A program made the position numbers and the translations under genes. Under the pieces are notes generated by a model. It saw only the letters and a list, made by a program, of their open reading frames with translations. It had not been told where the DNA came from and made no database searches. This document shows positions 23,544 to 35,376 of a stretch of 64,000 nucleotides of DNA, piece after piece; position 1 is the first letter of the stretch, and every line of letters begins with the position of its first letter. Origin of the DNA: Blastocladiella emersonii ATCC 22665 (taxonomy: Eukaryota; Fungi; Blastocladiomycota); contig JANHCV010000009.1 in the NCBI GenBank assembly GCA_025594325.1, positions 1,426,001 to 1,490,000 on the forward strand, read 5' to 3'.

Positions 23544-26319
23544 ACGACCCCAATGTTTGTTGTCGTAATTTCTTTCGCACCTGATTGACTACTATATTAT
23601 TGCTCCCCGATATTCTGATATTCCAACGGTTCAGAGCGCGCTTGGGGGAGAGACATTCGAGACGCGTTGCGCCACCGCCGTGGATTCCGCGTGACCTCGT
23701 TTTCCGAATTGTTTCAGCTCCGGTGAAGCGGCGATGCCCGCTCACCGCTCGAGCTCTTCGCAGCTCCCCGTATGCTGCTACGAAAACTCATGAACTTGCT
23801 GCAATGCACTTCTCAGATCTTCCCGCCGAGCTGGTCACTGCGGTGCTGCGTTTGGCGACCCCGCGGCCTGTGGTCCCCGTCGCAACTTCCGGTTTCGCTG
23901 CAGTCGCCACCGAGCCCACGACGCAGTGGGTCTGGCGCTGCACCGTGTTGTTTGATCCGGCGCTCCAGGAGTGGATGTACCCAAACTCGAGAAACAACCG
24001 GCGCCTCAGCTTCTGGAGCCCGCAGCCCTTTGTCGACTTTTTCGAAAACCTCGTGACTCGTTATTATGACGATGATGACTTTTACTCCTCGATTTCGGAC
24101 AAGAATGTGCGCTGGTCGCCCGCGGTCGACGTTTTCGACGAGCCGACTCTTAAACGGATTGCCGCTCGGTTTGCGCAGGCACCACCGCCGCTTGGTCCGC
24201 CGTATGGAGTTGGCTCCGGAACCTGGTGCACAAACTACGACCCCGATCGCTTCGATTGTTATGGCGTCGCTTGGCCGAGACCAGCCGTCCGCATTTGTGA
24301 ACTGTTCCGTTTGGCACTAATGATCGCGGCGCAGGGTCGCGTCAGCCAAGTGCGTGCCTTGCTCGAACCGCTTTTGCAGACGCACATGCGGTGCCACCGC
24401 ACGCGCCTCCTCCACTGGGTTGTTGTCGATCTGGACATACGCCATTAGGTGCGCAACGCTATACATGACCACGCCCGCGCAATTGATCGCATCCACGGAT
24501 GGGACAAGGTTCGGCACTGGCCGACTTTTCCCGAGTACCTTGCACTCTCAGCGCTCAAGTGGTGGCGTCCCGAAATCCTTAAGATGCTTGAATCGCCCGA
24601 GTATTGTCTGAACAAGCCGCGTTTCCTCGACACCTTCCACCAGTACGGCCACATCCAATTCGGCGTGGCATCATGCGACCCTTGTCTTCCCACGACGCTG
24701 GTCATCGAAACACTTGGTTTCTTGGAGACCAGAGCGAGGACATCGAACGTCACCATTATCCCTCTGTCGCGGCTCTCTTTGCGAACAAGTGCAACGCGGA
24801 CTGTACGATGGAGCTGCTGCGCCGCTTCGACGACCGCAAAGTCCTCCTCGAACTTAACACCGATGTGCAACGCGCGATTGTGAAGTCGGCGCTTGGTGGC
24901 ATCGGCCTTGATACACTGCTTGCACGGGACGATCTGCAGGGGAACGAGGAGCGGCTTTTGATTCTCGCCGATTTTGGATTATTCGGCTATGACCAGTGGT
25001 CTAAACTCATTCTCACTCTTATTCGAAACGAGCCGCCGATGCTCCACCAGTTCGATCAACCCAACTTTAACTTCTACCGCTCCGAGGTCTACGCTCAAGG
25101 TATGCGTCTGTCTGCAGTAAACTCATGTCGGTTTTCAGGATAGATGACCGCGCATCCAATTTAGCGGTGTACTTTTCGACTGGTCTCGCCCAATTCGGAG
25201 ACGATCACGAGTTCGGGGAGGATGATTTCAGCGAAAACACGGATACTGATACTGACCCGGAGCCTGACGGCGATGCCAGCTCGATGTCCGATTTCGATTC
25301 CGATTTGCCGTCTACGGCCGCACGCACTGCTTCAGCAGGTCGTACTTGCTCAATCGTCCACGAGGTGACCTCACTCCTCGAGCTTGGAATGCGTCACGGT
25401 ATCCGCGAGTCATGCGTGCTTGACAGCCCCAATGTCTTCTCCGCCCTTGTGCGCGTTCGAGCTCTCAACGACGTGAATGCTTTCATCAACATTTATCGCG
25501 GTGCCTTTCACGTGTTTGAGACCTGCGACCGGTTGACGCGAAACTGCGCCCCAGACGCATCCTTGGAGTACGATGTCAGCCTCGCCGTTCCGTATGGCCG
25601 CTTGCTTGTCGCGCTTCTGTGTGATCCGGTCACTGCACCCGCCACGCTCGCCTATCTTTCAAAGCGACATGACGAGACCCGCCTCATTGCATTCTGGTAC
25701 TTTTACACGCTTCTGTTGCCCGAGGTCCATCACGGCACTGGTGCGATGCCGCGATGGGGCTTGAGCGCGTTCGCGTACTTGCATCAACTTCCCCGCGTCT
25801 ACTTCACGAGCGACGACTTGATCAACGCACCGATTATCCCGGTGTCGACGGGCGATTCCCGCAGCGACTCGCCGAATGGAGATCAGTCATCGCAGCCGCA
25901 ATTTCTCGTACCATTGGCTGGGGCTGCTGAACCGCACGATTCGCCACTGCCCGCCGACTTGCCGGATGCGGCGTGGGCTCCGTGGCAGTACGCGGTTTAC
26001 TCCATGCTCACGAAGATTCCCAACTTCAAAATCACGGCCAGTGCGATTCCCGAACCCGTCCGCCGGGCTTTGTTCTCGCGCGAAGTGCTCTGCCGAGCCA
26101 ACTTTCTTCGCCGAGGCGAGTCAATGAGCGGCGTGCCTAGGCCAGGTTCCGAAACGGCATGGGTTATTGAACAGCTCTACTTCATTGCACCTGACGTGTT
26201 GTTCAACAATCTCGTTTGCGCCAGCGTCACGAGACCAGTCAGCGTTTAGCGCATGCTCCCACGTGGCGCGCTCGATGGAATGCGCTCGCCCAAGTGGCTG
26301 CTTTAGAGTTGCCGCCTCA

Positions 26320-26610
26320 GCATATCGCTCTGGTCGATATGCGATATTGGGAAAAAATTTCGAGATCGATATCAAAATAGCGCCCAGATTTCGACTCCCA
26401 GCGATAGCGATTTTTTCAATTTTTGCTTGAGGGAGGGTCGATATTTGGGGGTCCGATATCGATATTCCAGGTCTTATGTGGGTCGCGATAGCGATATTCC
26501 AGGTCTTATGTGGGTCGCGATAGCGATATTGCAGGCGTGGGTGAGCGTGCGATATTCATCTCACCAGCACGAAATGTCAGCGATATCTGAGGATCAGGTT
26601 AGCGATATCA
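26320..26610. repeat. Left subterminal GCGATA(T/G)CGATAT repeats of the hAT element, including a 32-bp tandem duplication
   Basis: More than 10 CGATAT/GCGATA motifs. gatattccaggtcttatgtgggtcgcgatagc occurs twice at 26461-26524. Confidence 0.85.
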
Positions 26611-26896
26611 ATTTCCTTTCTTGCATTTAAGGCGCTAATTCGCCCACAAGGCTTGTGGAAGACAACAGCAGTCAGAAAACGTTGCAACTATAATCCTTAC
26701 TTTAAATGCACACACATCAACATGCAGAAATTGCGCAACAGATTTAACAATGATGAAGTCTCACAGAAAGGACCGCCAACGTGCAAAAACGAGTGACTTC
26801 TCTGAGGCAAATAGGGACAAGGGTGGATCAATGGACTAAGAAGGACTATGACTATATTTTAACAGGGGGAAGGATTCAAACACCTAACGTTCACAA

Positions 26897-29117
26897 CTAC
26901 TTGCGCTTGCCCTTGGCAGCGGCTTCCGCTGCCTCACAGCCAAGGAGCTCCATTTTGTTCAGGACAAATGAGCGGAACATCTTGGCACCAAGACGGCTAC
27001 GGTTGTGCCGCAGAACAGTTCGGCAGACAGAGAATAGACGTTCAACACTAGTTGTTGTAGCTGGGACAGCAAGCAGGTCAAGCGCAACGCGGGAAAACTC
27101 TGGGAACGACTCCCGCTTTTCGCGCCAGAAGTCAAGAGGCGACTGCTACCTTGTCATTGGCAATGCTGTTCATGAGAATGATGAAGCGCTCGTTTTTGTC
27201 GACAAGAGTTTTCGCTGGCTTGCGGACGTCAAATGCAAGTGTGTCGTCATCTGAGTCGGAATCCAAGTCAATCGGATCTGTCATGGAAGCGCTCCATCCA
27301 TCAAGCAAAGGTCGGGTGCGATTGACAGCCTGGAGCTTCTCGAGTGGCTCAAGGACGTACTCGGCGTAGTAAGGATCAGACGCTCCGTAGTTTCGCCAAT
27401 CAATAACGCTTGCACGGTTATGGCTGCGCGGGCTGAGCCAGGTGGCCACTGTGAAAACGTAGGGCAAGCGTTTGTAAAGTTTGTTCAGCAAGCCGTAAGA
27501 AGCGAATGCGGCGATTGCGACAATGAGACGAGCTTGCTGGTCTCGAAGCATCAGCTGGCGCTCTTTTCCTGCAGGCAGCCTTTTTGCAGGGCCCACAAGG
27601 ACTGGCACAGTCTTGATTTCGTCTTCAAGCGTTTCAGCTGTGCAGGGAGGAGCGCGAACACCAAGCTGACGTCGCGCTGCACACTACGGTTAACGCTGTG
27701 CTGAACACAAAAGACAAGAACGAGATGGTCGCCGCCGTGCTCATCCCAAAGAACCCGGAGCGCGGCCTCGTTGGCCGAAGCACTGTCGGCAGCAATCAAA
27801 AAGATCTGGTTGAGGCCGAGGTCGTAGTCGCCGAGCACGTCGAGGATGGTCTGCGCAATTCCCTCACCAGTCTTCTCGTCCGTTGGCACAAGATCAAGCA
27901 CGCATTCGTGACGCTCCCACTTCCCGTCCACAAGAATGATGAATGAAGCGCGTATACCTAAGGTGAGAACGCACGGCGCGGTGTCAGTCATCTTGATCCG
28001 AGGAACGGGACAGGGCTGGCGCGAAAGTCAGACGCTGGCGTCTGACTTCCGCGCCGAGCAAAAGTGCGACGCCAGCGTCTGACTTTCGCGCCGAGCAAAA
28101 GTGCGACGCCAGCGTCTGACTTTCGCGCCGAGCAAAAGTGCGACGCCAGCGTCTGACTTTCGCGCCGAGCAAAAGTGCGACGCCAGCGTCTGACTTTCGC
28201 GCCGAGCAAAAGTGCAACGCTGGCGTTCGACTTTCGCGCCGAGCAAAAGTGCGACGCTGGCGTTCGACTTGAGCGCCGAGCAAAAGTGCGACGCTGGCGT
28301 TCGACTTGAGCGCCGAGCAAAAGTGCGACGCTGGCGTTCGACTTGAGCGCCGAGCAAAAGTGCGACGCTGGCGTTCGACTTGAGCGCCGAGCAAAAGTGC
28401 GACGCCGGCGTTCGACTTGAGCGCCGAGCAAAAGTGCGACGCCGGCGTCTGACTTTCGCGCCGAGCAAAAGTGCGACGTCAGCGTCTGACTTTCGCGCCG
28501 AGCAAAAGTGCGACGCCAGCGTCTGACTTTCGCGCCGAGCAAAAGTGCGACATCAGCGTCTGACTTTCGCGCCGTGCAAAAGTGCGACGCCAGCGTTCGA
28601 CTTGAGCGCCGAGCAAAAGTGCGACGCCGGCGTCTGACTTTCGCGCCGAGCAAAAGTGCGACGCCAGCGTCCGATATCGCGCCGAGCAGAAGCCGGACCC
28701 AGACGCGCAAGAAGGAGAAAAAAACGTACCAATGAATGCGAGTGAGTTGGAGGACGTCCAGCCGTCGATCATGAGCGTGATGAGCGAGATGCGCAACGTG
28801 AGAAGGGCGCGCGTGCGGTCGCCAACGCGGATCGCCGCGCGGAGGATGCGGTTGGACGTGGCTGTGCGGTGCAGGATCTTGACGTCGGGACAGACGGTCC
28901 CAATGAGCTTGCGGAACGACTTGGACTCGGCGACCGAAATCGACTGGTCCTTGGTGCACACAGACTTGACGAGCGCCTCCTCGAACGCAGCCTGCGTCGC
29001 GGCCTTGCCGCTGGCCGTTGAACCAGCGGGCCGCTTGGTGCCCGATGAAGATGATGGCGTAGATGCCGAACTCGATGCGGCCTTTGCGGTACTCCCGCCG
29101 CTGCCACGAGTCGCCAT
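26897..29117 (-). pseudogene. hAT transposase, internally deleted and frameshifted; intron 27958-28729 filled with a minisatellite
   Basis: IDGWTS (first Asp), AADSASAN (second Asp), CVQH (CxxH), and C-terminal PLDFWREKRESFPEFSRVALDLLAVPATTTSVERLFS (dimerisation domain and catalytic Glu). The region after CxxH is too short and lacks the RW motif; there is a frameshift near 27145. Confidence 0.9.
28020..28690. repeat. 37-bp hairpin-forming minisatellite, ~18 units, in the transposase intron
   Basis: Unit ccgagcaaaagtgcgacgccagcgtctgactttcgcg, with variant blocks (tggcgttcgacttgagcg). Confidence 0.95.
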
Positions 29118-32100
29118 GATTGAGTTACGTTTCAAGATCGAATTCAAGCCGATCGCTAAATTGGCCCAAGTCTGGCGCGACGGGAGAGAGAGGAAGCACC
29201 GCGGCGGCGCGGGAGGGCGAGAGTGTGCAGGGCAGGCCGCCGCCGCTGCGACCGAGTGATGAAATACTGTGTACTCGGCTCACGTGAGATGCACCTGAGC
29301 GCGTTGCCACCGGCATGTCCCCCGCCTCGCACGCGGGCAGGTTCCAAGCCTGCACGCATAGCGCCAAGCATGTCGACCAGATCAGTCAGAGCAGGTTGTG
29401 TGTACACGCATGTTCGCGAGAAGGGGTCAAACTGTCCCTTGAAGCCCTGAGCTGGTGGATCGCGACTCGCGAGACGCGCGATGGCTTCTCCAGACGCATC
29501 TTTCGCGCACAGGAGAGTTGCCCTAGAGCACGGCAGCGCAACGGTGAACAAGCGAGGGCTCAGAGAGTGAGAGCTGGTCGCAGATCGTGGCGAGAATGCA
29601 AGGCGGCGCGCAGAGTGCTCGTGTCGCGATCGCAGACCGCGGCGGCGTGTACTCGCTGTAATCGCGTGATTCGCGGGCGAGCGCTTGTTGTACAGCTTCA
29701 GCGCATCGCACAGGTCCTCGGACTTTGTGTTGGGAAGCAGGCAGGCGAGCAGGAAGGCGCCCGCGCCTGTGCGCATCGCGGGCAGCGAGGTACAGCATCT
29801 ACATGCGTTGAAACAGGGCGCAACGTGTCCGAGGAATCGTGCCTGGTTACCGCTGACAACATGCGGCGCGATAGAAGACTCTCGCGGCCTCTAACGCGTT
29901 CGTTCTTTTGTTGATCGCTCATCAATCCCGCGTCGCTTAAGGCGCGCTTGTCTCAAGCAGCTCAAGACGGCGCACGGCAGCAAGTTGCATGAAGACCTCC
30001 GTTGCATGTAAGCCCGTCGGTTGAGATCTAACCAGGGGAGGAGGCGGCGAGTGTCCGTGGCGGTGCGCGGAGAAGCCACCTGCGCCGTGTGGCGCGACGC
30101 GTCTCCCCCGCGCGACTATGGTCGCGGACGAGCCCCGTTGCTGGGCACGAGACTCGGTGCAACCGGACCGAGTGAATCAGGTGCCGCTCCGTGGTTTTGT
30201 ACCCTGGCAGGCACGGTGAGGACGGTCGCCACTCCGCGTGAAGCTTGGGAGAGATAGAAGAGGCGCGGACCGACCTGTCCGACCATCGCCGCCCATACGA
30301 ACGAGTACCAAGCGCGGACGCGGGAAAGGCGGAAGCTACCCGACTAACACCGAGTTGGAGCTCAGCGAGAGAGTTCAACGACCGCGTTGTCCGCGGTCGC
30401 AACGCAGAACGGCGGTGCTCACTCTCTTGAACGGAGCACCACTCAAGGACAACGTGCAGTAAGAGTCTGCCGCAAGTGACCCCATACACTTTGTGCATCG
30501 TGTCGCGGCGCCCCAAAGTCGCTGAATTCGAAACGGTGCCGCGGAAGTCGTGGTCGTCCGCTGGGAGTGACCTTGGCGCGACGCAAGCGACGCGGGCCGA
30601 TCCGCTACTCGTCGGCGGGATCCCACCTTGCTGTGGGCCTCGCGCGTGTCAGAACCGGTTGCAGGGACACTGGATGGATGGCTAAGTACGAGATCGCGGC
30701 TCCGGCGAGCAACAGCGAGCTCGGGAAGCGCCGATACGCGCGCACCACGAGTGCAAGTGACGCGGGCCACCTTGAGGCTCGTCCCATCGCCTCGCGACTC
30801 GCACGACGGTAAGCCCCCGTCAGGCGTGAGATATGGTCTCAGGACCCAACGCAACTGCATCTGAGGCTCGCGAGTCTGCGGCCCTGTGTGCTGGACACGC
30901 GGGACGTGCTCGCTGCAGCGCGCTGCAACGGGCGGGTGAGAGACTCAAGGGACGCGGTGAAGCGCGTGGTAAGCGCTGTTCTCCTCGACACCACCTCACC
31001 AAACACCATGGTCCATGGCGCTCGGGTTACTCTTGAGTCGGCATCGACATGGAGTGCGAGAAGCCGGCGAACCTGAGCCGCAAGGACCGACGCGAGAGTT
31101 GTTGCGGCGCGGGACAGTCGCTCGCCCACGCTTGCTGCGCCGTCCCTCAGCGCGCAACGTTTCGATGTGCCTGACCCTCTGCCTCCTCCTGGCTCCCGGC
31201 CCGCGGTATCGCCGGGATTGGAAGTTGCGCGGCCGCCCCGCTCAGCCTGAAGTTGAGGCGGCGACCCGCTGGGCCGTCCCTCACGATCACGCAACTCTTC
31301 TGCAACGAAACCTCGCCGCGCAGGCAGCGCGCAGTTTGCAACCACTGCGGGGATCCGCGGTACACGCGTCGCCGGCATCTCGCTCACACGAGCACGGCGA
31401 CGGTGGAAAAACAGCCGCCTCCCTCCGAGGTCGAGGTCGAAGGCGAGTCACGCGCGGCCATGGTCACCGCGCAGCGAAGTTTGCGCCGATCCTTCCTTTC
31501 CACGCAACGTTCGCGTTACTCAGCGCGGCCATGGGCGGGAATCGTGAGACACGGGACGGGTTTCACAGGGACACGGCAGTCGGTGGGCCGAACTCCGACT
31601 GGTTCAGAAAGTGGGGTAACTGACAGCGGGTCGACCTGGCGGACAGGTGGCGAGCGAACTGTCGCGCGAGTTGCGGACGCGACAACTGCATGTGTGCGAT
31701 CATGCGCGAGAGCTCAACGAGGAGACGGCTTCGCTGAAAGATATATATGAACTTTAGAGCGAGGGAGGCGGTGCGCACGCGGCGGCGTAAACAGTGCGAC
31801 CGCGGGAGGATGGCAGCGGGATGTGCGTGTTTTGTCTCGCGTAGGCGTATGCTCACGTTGCGCGAGGAGAGACGGACGTGTCAAGATGCACGCGGAGAAC
31901 GCGCACAGGGCGGCACGGGTGTGGCAAGACATGAGCGGATACGGCGTGGGTCGGGACGCGGGCGATTAAGCGCAGCGTGAAGCTCGTGGTGCCTGGTTCG
32001 CTGCGCGGTGCAGGACGACGAGGGCATGCAAGGGCGTCAAGAACGTCACATGCGGATGAGCGAGTACATCGCGATCCGTAGCGGGATACGCACGTCGCGA

Positions 32101-32139
32101 GGAACGGGTGTAGCGCGACCCGTCGCAGGGAACGGGTAC

Positions 32140-32570
32140 TGCGCGATACGCGGCGAGGTGAGAGGGAGCGTCGCAAAGAACGAGGGCAACGCTATCCACG
32201 GCGAGGCGCGGGCGAGCGTCGCGAGAAACGAGTGCAGAGCGATCCACGGCGCGACGCCTGCGTCGCGAAGAATGGTCACAGCGCAATCCACGGCGAGATG
32301 CGGGCGTCGCGAAGAACGAGAGCAGCGCGATCCACGGCGGGGCGCGGGCTTCGCGAAGGTCGGTCGCGACGCGATCCGCGGCGGGATGCACCGCGTGCGG
32401 TGAATGCGACATGGTGTGCGGCGAGGTGCGGGCGTCGCAAAGAACGAGCGCAGCACGATCCGCGGCGAGGTGTGGGCGGGGTGCGGGCGTCGCAAAGAAC
32501 GAGCGCAGCATGGTCCGCGGCGGGATGCACCGCGTGCGGCGAATGCGACGTGGTGTGCGGCATGGAGCGG
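32140..32570. repeat. Degenerate ~43-45-bp tandem repeat inside the hAT element
   Basis: Recurrent gcgatcc(a/g)cggcgag...gcgggcgtcgc(g/a)aagaacgag, about 8-10 diverged copies. Confidence 0.7.
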
Positions 32571-33586
32571 GCGGTGCTAGGGACGAGGTCAACGAGTACT
32601 GAGGGGCGAGGTTGGGCGAGCGGCAGGTGAGTGGGCGGCATGTGCGTGGAACGGAGTGGGAGCTGTGTAGCGCGCCGTACGCGCCGTGCGGCGACAGGCC
32701 GAGCGCCGCACATCGCGCGCGTTACGCCACGAGGAACATTCGCGACTGAGAGCTGGGAACTTCGAGGGGTCCGTGTTGCAGCGCAGTGGGGGAGGCGCGG
32801 CTTATCGCGCGGCGGAGGACGAGAATGAATGTTGAATGGCAGTGCGTCAGTACAGCGGGTCGCATCGCGAGGAGCGAAGCGCGAGTACAGCGCGGCAGGG
32901 AGCGAAGGGAGGGGTTTAGCGAGGAGCGGGGGAGCTGGCTGGCGCGGAGCGGGTGCGAAGAAAGGGGATGAGGGAGGCGAGGGGCACGGCGAATACGCTG
33001 TGGGGCGGGGAACGAGAGCACGGCGTCATAGAGGGAAGGTTGCAAGGGCAATCACGCGATGCTAGAGGAGACCAAAGTAGCAGTTCGAGGTCACGCGCGC
33101 GGGTCGCACTGCGAGCGAGCCATGGCGCCGGTCCGAGTGGGAGCGGCACGAATGTAGCGAGCGGCGCGCGAGGAGACGAGGCGTCGCGGGACGAGGCGAT
33201 GGAAGCGCTCGTGTTCGAGTCGCACAGGCGGGCGGCGGCGCAGTGCAGCGAGTTACATGTTCAGATCATCGGAATACATGGCAGGCGGGATCGGACGAGA
33301 GGAGAGACGGAGCTGGTCGCGCGTTGTGCAATCGACTGGGCGAGGGACGCGAGACAAAGATCGCGCGTCGCGGTGATATGGGATCCCACGTGCGGGCGAA
33401 TTCGCCACGTGGCGGCAGGCTTCTCGTTTTCGCTCCACGGAGATCAACGGGCCAGGCCGGCGCCGAGCTGCCCCGCCCGCCCTCGCTTGCTCACCGCCGT
33501 GCACACTCTCCCTCCCTCCCTCCCGCCTCTCTTCCGCCCCCGCTCGCGCATCTTGGATCGCTCCCTCCCAGAAAGTGCTCTTGACC

Positions 33587-34694
33587 ATGGCATCAACACC
33601 CGACGCACCCGCCGCGCCGCCGCCAGCTGCAGAACCAGGCGTCAAGGGCAACAACTCATTCATGGCGTTGGGCGTGGTCCCGGAGACGGCGTTGGCAACG
33701 GGCGGGGGCGCCTCCAAGGGCAAGGCTAAGCGCGCCGCCTCGTCGCCGGGCGCCCCGCCGTCCAAGAAGCGCAACAGCAAGCAGCCGCCGTCCAAGGAGT
33801 CGAGTGCCGCCGCCGCCGCCAGCACCGTTGACAAGGGCTATGCCGATTTCGTCGACGCTCAGCTGGCCATCAACCAGGTCGCCAACGACGCGCTTCCGCC
33901 GCTGTCCAACGTTAAGGTACGCTTTTCTGTGTCACCCTCCCGCTGGCGTCACACTTTTGCTCGGCGCGAAAGTCGAACGCTGGCGTCACACTTTTCCTTG
34001 GCGCAAAAGTCAGACGCTCGCGTCACACTTTTGCTCGGCGCGAAAGTCGAACGCTGGCGTCGCACTTTTCCTCGGCGCAAAAGTCAGACGCTCGCGTCGC
34101 ACTTTTGCTTGGCGCGAAAGTCAGACGCTGGCGTCGCACTTTTCCTCGGCGCAAAAGTCAGACGCTGGCGTCGCACTTTTGGTCGGCGCAAAAGTCAGAC
34201 GCTGGCGTCGCACTTTTGGTCGGCGCAAAAGTCAGACGCTGGCGTCACACTTTTCCTCGGCGCAAAAGTCAGACGCTGGCGTCGCACTTTCGTGCCAGCC
34301 CTGTCCCGTTCCTCTCCAATGCTTCCATGCGTGCGCGATCACATCACTCACTGTGTTCAAGCCTCTCTCATAGGCAATTATGTGGACTCCCTTGACGACA
34401 CTGGTTGGTCACGCCATTGTTGGTGCTTCGTGCCTTCTGGAAGGAAAGGTGCAGGCTGTGGACGTTGAGCTTTCAGCCGAGTCAATCCAGAATGTGATTG
34501 AGGGCAACGCTCCAATCCACGCCAGTAAACTTCTCGTTCCGCTGTTTGTATTACATATATTTAGTTTGATTCATAACTCAATTGGTTGCATCACTTTGAG
34601 GGCTGTGGAGACGTCACGCATACGGTTCGCGCGAACTGAACTGACTACCCTCTCTAAAAACTGTAGCAATATACGCGATGTACGTTTTTTATAA
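33587..34694 (+). CDS. Passenger gene of unknown function inside the hAT element (~215 aa if spliced 33917-34372)
   Basis: Lys/Ser/Ala-rich exon 1 with a basic NLS-like PPSKKRNSK. Donor gtacgc after ...SNVK; acceptor ctcatag gives in-frame AIMWTPLTTLVG... The intron holds the 37-bp array. Confidence 0.45.
33943..34312. repeat. Second copy of the 37-bp minisatellite (~9-10 units), opposite orientation
   Basis: cgctggcgtcgcactttt(g/c)ctcggcgcaaaagtcaga units. It ends in the same tail (gccagccctgtcccgttcctc) as the first array. Confidence 0.95.
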
Positions 34695-34910
34695 TAGATC
34701 CGGAGGCGATATCAGGGATTTTTGGCATTTGGGCGGCGATATCGATACTCTGATCCCCTGGTGGGGCGATAGCGATATCGCGTTTCGCGAGGGCCGGGCA
34801 AGCGATATTTAGGGGGCCAATATCGATATTTTGGAAATTCATGTAGGCGCGACGGCAAGCGATTTCGATACCCTGGCGGGGACTGTTGAGCGATTTTGAT
34901 ATATGTGAGC
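34660..34910. repeat. Right subterminal GCGATAT repeats of the hAT element
   Basis: Multiple gcgatat, cgatatcgat and gcgatagcgatat motifs, as at the left end. Confidence 0.8.
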
Positions 34911-35376
34911 TGAGATGGGGGCGGCAAGCAGCCGCTGCTTGCTGCGGCGACTGTGATCCTTGATCAATACGGGCATTTGGATGCGACTTTAGCCGGACCT
35001 CTGGGTGCGTTGTTTGCGGCAGCGACGAAAGCGGCGACGTCGGGTGAGTTCCAAGTCCTGTTTTGCGCAGAGTGCAAGCGCCGTGCGCTTGATGTTTCGC
35101 GGATAACGCGTTTTGTATGAGATACATTGCCACTCTATTTATCAAGCCTGTGTAGTGAGGGTCGTTGGTGAGGTTTGTTTTCGCCATTCGCTCGACGTGA
35201 ACGGTTTGCTGCAGCGGAGACACGTTGCGCCACACCTTGTTTGTGACAGCCCCAAGGCGTGACCTGACTGAGACTGAGACTGAGACGACGCCACACCGCT
35301 CGGCCGCTCAAGTGGCGCCCGCGGACCGTTTGCATCCGCCCTCGCTCTCTCGTATCGTTAAGCCCACCACGCACCC

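Larger units (their letters stand above)
26304..34932 (-). mobile_element. hAT-superfamily DNA transposon, 8.6 kb, defective, with a passenger region
   Basis: Left TIR TAGAGTTGCCGCC; right-end remnant GGCGGCAA. 8-bp TSD GGCTGCTT/CGCTGCTT. GCGATAT-rich subterminal arrays at both ends. Contains a transposase and interrupts a host ORF. Confidence 0.9.
23802..35120 (+). pseudogene. Family A gene split by the hAT insertion: 5' part 23802-26303, C-terminal 59 codons at 34941-35120
   Basis: The 5' part ends ...GMRSPKWLL at 26303, and AAATVILDQ...ECKRRALDVSRITRFV* resumes in frame at 34941, matching the paralog C-termini. There is also an in-frame TAG (~24446) and a frameshift (~24715). Confidence 0.88.

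Noticed and set aside
28020-28690. 37-bp palindromic repeats as a CRISPR array
   Set aside because: The units are directly adjacent with no unique spacers, there are no cas genes, and the array lies in a eukaryotic intron.
27984-28959. Long repetitive ORFs (LLLGAKVRRWRRTFARR...) here and at 33804-34468
   Set aside because: They are translations of the 37-bp minisatellite, which is stop-free in several frames. They lie inside GT-AG introns whose removal restores sensible proteins.
31325-31400. AVCNHCG...RRHL as the BED zinc finger of the hAT transposase
   Set aside because: It is on the opposite strand, 2 kb from the transposase start, with atypical spacing and no supporting ORF.
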